NCBI GenBank assembly: GCA_963829205.1
Contig: CAWHHT010000006.1
Location: 217,885-281,884 of the forward strand
From: an uncultured Thermoleophilia bacterium
Lineage (GTDB): Bacteria; Actinomycetota; Thermoleophilia; UBA2241
Length of the DNA stretch: 64,000 nucleotides
Direction: 5' to 3'
Positions within the stretch are counted from its first letter, which is position 1. Every line of letters begins with the position of its first letter. The translations under genes were made by a program, and so were the position numbers. Below, in pieces: positions 60,550-64,000 of this stretch. The notes under the pieces were generated by a model. That model was not told the DNA's origin. It ran no database searches and saw nothing but the letters and a program-made list of their open reading frames with translations.

Positions 60550-61543
60550 GGCGTCGCCGCTCCGCTGGGCCGTGATCGGCGTCCTCGCGGTCGGCCTGTC
60601 TCTTCTCGTCGGCCTCGTCCCGTTCGTCGGGGGCAACTACTACGCCCACATCGGGATCCTGGTGTTCCTCAACATCACGCTCGTGCTGGGCTACCGCCTG
60701 CTGTGCCTCACCGGGTTGTACTCGTTCTGCCACATCACCTTCTTCGCCATCGGCGCCTACACCTCGGCCCTCCTGTCGTCCAAGCTCGGGTACCCCGTGT
60801 GGATCTGCTTCATCGCCGCCGGCGTCGTGGCCGCGCTCTTCTCCATGGCGCTCATCATCCCGGCGGCGCGCGTGCGCGGCGTCTACTTCTTCCTCGTCAC
60901 CTTCGGCTTCCTCGAAGTCATGAATTCCGTGTTCCTGCACTGGTCCTCGGTCACCGGCGGCGACGCGGGCATCCTTGTCGCTGCGCCGATCATCGGCACA
61001 GGTACGCAGACGCAGGACTACTTCGTCATCCTGGCGTTCGCCCTCGTCACCGTGCTCGTCATGTATCGCATCGAGAGGTCTCGCTTCGGGCGCGAGCTGG
61101 CGCCCATCGGCAGCGCGGAGGGGCTGGCCGCGGTGAGCGGCATCAACGTTCTCAGGAACCGGGTCATCGCGTTCGCCATCGGAGCCGCGTTCGCAGGCCT
61201 CGCCGGCAGTCTGTTCGCTCACGACGCGGCCTACGTCTCCGCGAACGACTTCAGCTGGTGGGGCTCGGTGTACATACTCGTCTGGCTCGTGATCGGCGGG
61301 GAGCGCAAGATGTGGGGTCCGGTCCTTGGAGCGGTCTTGATGACCCTGGTCGCCGAGGGCCTGCGCATGTCCGGCATCCTGCAGGCGCTGCTCTACTCGG
61401 GCGCGCTGCTGCTCACCGTGATGGTCATGCCGCAGGGTATCGTGGGTCTCGTCGACTACGTGCGCGCGAAGGTGGGCCGGTCAAGGGAGTCGAGTGACGA
61501 AGACCCACCCCCGCTCGACACTCTCGTGGAGGGGAGCCCGTGA
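60542..61543 (+). CDS. branched-chain-amino-acid-type ABC transporter permease (LivM-like)
   Basis: overlaps preceding permease by 8 nt; hydrophobic 333 aa. Confidence 0.85.
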   Translation: MTKASPLRWAVIGVLAVGLSLLVGLVPFVGGNYYAHIGILVFLNITLVLGYRLLCLTGLYSFCHITFFAIGAYTSALLSSKLGYPVWICFIAAGVVAALFSMALIIPAARVRGVYFFLVTFGFLEVMNSVFLHWSSVTGGDAGILVAAPIIGTGTQTQDYFVILAFALVTVLVMYRIERSRFGRELAPIGSAEGLAAVSGINVLRNRVIAFAIGAAFAGLAGSLFAHDAAYVSANDFSWWGSVYILVWLVIGGERKMWGPVLGAVLMTLVAEGLRMSGILQALLYSGALLLTVMVMPQGIVGLVDYVRAKVGRSRESSDEDPPPLDTLVEGSP

Positions 61544-62316
61544 TGCCCATCCTCGAAGTGCACCAGCTCAGCAAGCGGTTCGGCGGCGTGGAGGCGCTCT
61601 CGCAGGTCGACCTGGTCGTCGAGCCCGGTGAAGTCATCGGTGTCATCGGTCCCAACGGCGCTGGCAAGAGCACGTTCTTCAATCTCCTCAGCGGTGTGAT
61701 GAAGCCGAGCGCCGGGAAGGTCGTCTTCCAGGGCCAGGATGTGACCGGGATGAAGCCGCACGGTATCGCGAAGCGCGGTCTCGTGCGGACGTTCCAGAGC
61801 ACCGTTCTGTTTTCCAATCTCAGCGTGTTCGACAACGTTCTCGTCGCCTGTCACGTCCCCGCGCATCCCAACCTCGTGGCAGACATCGTGGGACTGCCGG
61901 CGGTACGACGCAGGGAGTTGGAGATGCGGCGGCGCGCAGAGGAGATCGTCGAACTGGCCGGCCTGACGGCCGTCGGGTCGAAGCTCGCCAGGGACCTGCC
62001 ACACGGGTACCAGCGAGCGCTCGGCGTCGCCGCGGCCCTCGCCACGGACCCGAAGCTCCTGTGCCTCGACGAGCCGGTCACGGGCATGAACGCGGACGAG
62101 ATCGAGGCGATGATGGGCTTCATCGAGCGCATCCGCCTGCAGGGCATCACCATCCTCCTCGTGGAGCACGCGATGCGCGTGGTCATGAGTGTGTGCGAGC
62201 GGATCATGGTGCTGAACTTCGGCCGCAAGATCGCCGAGGGCGGGGTCGATGAGATCCAGAACGATCCCGCCGTGATCGAAGCGTACCTGGGGAGGCCCGA
62301 CGACGATGCTGCTTGA
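61540..62316 (+). CDS. ABC transporter ATP-binding protein (LivG-like)
   Basis: GPNGAGKST Walker A; LLCLDEP Walker B. Confidence 0.88.
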   Translation: MMPILEVHQLSKRFGGVEALSQVDLVVEPGEVIGVIGPNGAGKSTFFNLLSGVMKPSAGKVVFQGQDVTGMKPHGIAKRGLVRTFQSTVLFSNLSVFDNVLVACHVPAHPNLVADIVGLPAVRRRELEMRRRAEEIVELAGLTAVGSKLARDLPHGYQRALGVAAALATDPKLLCLDEPVTGMNADEIEAMMGFIERIRLQGITILLVEHAMRVVMSVCERIMVLNFGRKIAEGGVDEIQNDPAVIEAYLGRPDDDAA

Positions 62317-63010
62317 GTTCAAGGACGTCTCGGTCAACTACGACAAGGTCAAAGCTCTCAAGCACGTCTCGCTCGACGTCGCCGAGGGCGAGATGGTCAG
62401 CATCGTCGGCGCCAACGGCGCCGGCAAGACGACGACGCTGAAGACGATCATGGGCCTGCTGCATCCGGGCGCCGGCGAGGTGTGGTTCGAGGGCGAGAGG
62501 ATCGACGGCAAGCACACCGAGGACATCGTCAGGCGGGGTGTCGCCTTCTGTATGGAGGGCAGGCGCTTGTTCCCGTTCATGACGGTCCTCGAGAACCTCC
62601 AGATGGGGGCCTTCAGTCGCCGTGGTGGGGGCGGGAGGGAGCAGCTGGAGAGGGTCTACGAGCTGTTCCCGGATCTTCGGGGCAGGCTGAAGCAGAAGGC
62701 CGGCACTCTGAGCGGCGGCCAACAGCAGATGGTCACCATCGGGCGGAGCCTGATGTCGGGCCCCAAGCTGCTGATGCTCGACGAGCCGTCGCTGGGTCTG
62801 GCGCCGATGGTCGTGAGCGAGGTGGCCAAGACTGTCAAGGAACTCAACACGCAGGGCCTCACAGTGCTGCTCGTCGAGCAGAACGCGCGCATGGCGCTGA
62901 GGATCTCCGACCGTGCCTACGCCCTCGAGGTCGGCGAGGTCGCAGTGTCCGGGGATTCGGAGTCGCTCGGCCAAAGCGACTACATCAGGCGCGCGTACTT
63001 GGGGGGGTAG
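62306..63010 (+). CDS. ABC transporter ATP-binding protein (LivF-like)
   Basis: GANGAGKTT Walker A; LSGGQQQM signature; LLMLDEP. Confidence 0.88.
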   Translation: MLLEFKDVSVNYDKVKALKHVSLDVAEGEMVSIVGANGAGKTTTLKTIMGLLHPGAGEVWFEGERIDGKHTEDIVRRGVAFCMEGRRLFPFMTVLENLQMGAFSRRGGGGREQLERVYELFPDLRGRLKQKAGTLSGGQQQMVTIGRSLMSGPKLLMLDEPSLGLAPMVVSEVAKTVKELNTQGLTVLLVEQNARMALRISDRAYALEVGEVAVSGDSESLGQSDYIRRAYLGG

Positions 63011-63145
63011 ACGGCAACGTGCTGTTGTCTTCGCTGGTGATGCCTGGCGCAGATCGCGACATCGGACGCAGCCGGCGCACAGAATCGGCGGGCCCTCTCG
63101 CGTTGACGACAGCTCCGCCTGAGATGCCCGGACTGGAGCGACGCA

Positions 63146-63967
63146 ATGCCTGAGACCGCAGCACATCGACCCCTGTTGTCCATGAATCTCATCAGCACGA
63201 AGCTCGACATCGAGCATGCGGTGCGCGCCTATCACCGGGCCGGCTACGGCGGCATCGGTCTTTGGTATGACCAGGTCCGTGAGTACGGCGTGGACAGGGT
63301 CGTCGGTCTTCTGCAGGAGGTGCCCATCAAAGTCACGCACCTCATCTACGCCGGGCCGTTCAATCAGACCAGCGAAAAGGACTACCTGGCTGCTCGCGAT
63401 GACGACAGGGAGAAACTCCGAGTAGCAGCCAGGCTGGGGGCGGATAGCGTCCTTGCCATGACCGGGCCGCTCAATGGTCTCGGCCAGAACGAGGCTTTCC
63501 GCCAGCTGACACGCAGTCTGCGCGAACTGGCCGACGCAGCCGCAGAATGCGGAGTCGCCATCGGCTTGGAGCCTCTCAACTACATCGAGCGGGAGGACTC
63601 GTTCCTCTTCAGCCTTTCGGATGCCATGGACATCATCGAGGAGATCGACCATCCAAGCGTGGGCGTGTTCATCGACGTCTTCCACGTCTGGCAGGAGCCG
63701 TTTCTGATGAAGACCCTGAAACGTACCAGGGGTAGGATCGTCGGCTGCCACATCGATGACTTTCGGCGCGAGAACCGTACGTATTGCGACAGGGTCCTCA
63801 TGGGTGACGGCTGCATTCCCATCAAGAACATCCTTGAAGAACTGAAGCGGCAGGGATGGGACAAGTGGTATGACATCGAGATCTTCTCCGACGAACTGTG
63901 GTCCATGGAACCCGAGGAATTCCTGAGACTCGCCCGCCAGAAGTACGACAGACTGTGGTCTAGCTGA
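63146..63967 (+). CDS. sugar phosphate isomerase/epimerase (xylose-isomerase-like TIM barrel) family protein
   Basis: 273 aa; family-typical acidic/His metal-site residues (e.g. GLEPLN...E, FIDVFH) — conservation inferred from memory, not aligned; last gene of LacI-controlled locus. Confidence 0.8.
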   Translation: MPETAAHRPLLSMNLISTKLDIEHAVRAYHRAGYGGIGLWYDQVREYGVDRVVGLLQEVPIKVTHLIYAGPFNQTSEKDYLAARDDDREKLRVAARLGADSVLAMTGPLNGLGQNEAFRQLTRSLRELADAAAECGVAIGLEPLNYIEREDSFLFSLSDAMDIIEEIDHPSVGVFIDVFHVWQEPFLMKTLKRTRGRIVGCHIDDFRRENRTYCDRVLMGDGCIPIKNILEELKRQGWDKWYDIEIFSDELWSMEPEEFLRLARQKYDRLWSS

Positions 63968-64000
63968 ACATCACGGGCCATGTGCAGCGTTCCAGCCGTG

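Overview
High-GC (~70%) bacterial chromosomal segment with an actinobacterial-type ribosomal gene layout. The lineage is a guess from gene order and GC content.

Nucleotides ~2.2-38.4 kb are one almost gap-free, co-directional super-cluster: rpmG-tRNA-Trp-secE-nusG-rplKA-rplJL-rpoBC-rpsLG-fusA-tuf-S10 operon-spc operon (with secY-adk-map)-infA-rpmJ-rpsMKD-rpoA-rplQ-ecfA1A2T-truA.

A single-copy core region with three kinds of oddity:
- Nine apparent +1 frameshifts, all at short homopolymers, confined to ~15.9-36.4 kb (fusA x3, rplD x2, rpsC, rplP, adk, ecfA2). They are most parsimoniously uncorrected sequencing or assembly errors.
- Lineage-specific ribosomal protein extensions: a Lys/Ala/Pro-repeat N-terminus on L4 and S17, a Gly/Arg/Pro repeat C-terminus on S3, and an acidic ~150 aa RpoB tail.
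- A full set of Cys-containing zinc-ribbon (C+) ribosomal proteins, including an unusual Cys4 motif in L24.

Downstream of truA (38-64 kb) is an accessory-like metabolic region:
- an LCP family enzyme, a ROK kinase and a small ferredoxin;
- an orphan beta-class DNA amino-methyltransferase translationally coupled to a GNAT, with an upstream FmdB zinc ribbon;
- rsmI, a homocysteine S-methyltransferase, an ureohydrolase and an Lrp regulator;
- a tightly overlapping five-gene minus-strand operon: polyferredoxin, two tungsten/molybdenum AOR-family paralogs, an OYE-type FMN/[4Fe-4S] reductase and an FAD oxidoreductase. This is the most interesting candidate for an undescribed system;
- a LacI-controlled locus (Eda, KdgK, class-III aminotransferase, Liv-type ABC transporter, xylose-isomerase-like TIM barrel) suggesting catabolism of an amino-sugar acid or aminocyclitol.

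No CRISPR array, IS element or integrase was seen. The prompt's line numbering and the ORF track were reconciled. Coordinates of features not in the ORF track (rpmG, rpmJ, tRNA, terminators, promoters) may be off by 1-2 nt.
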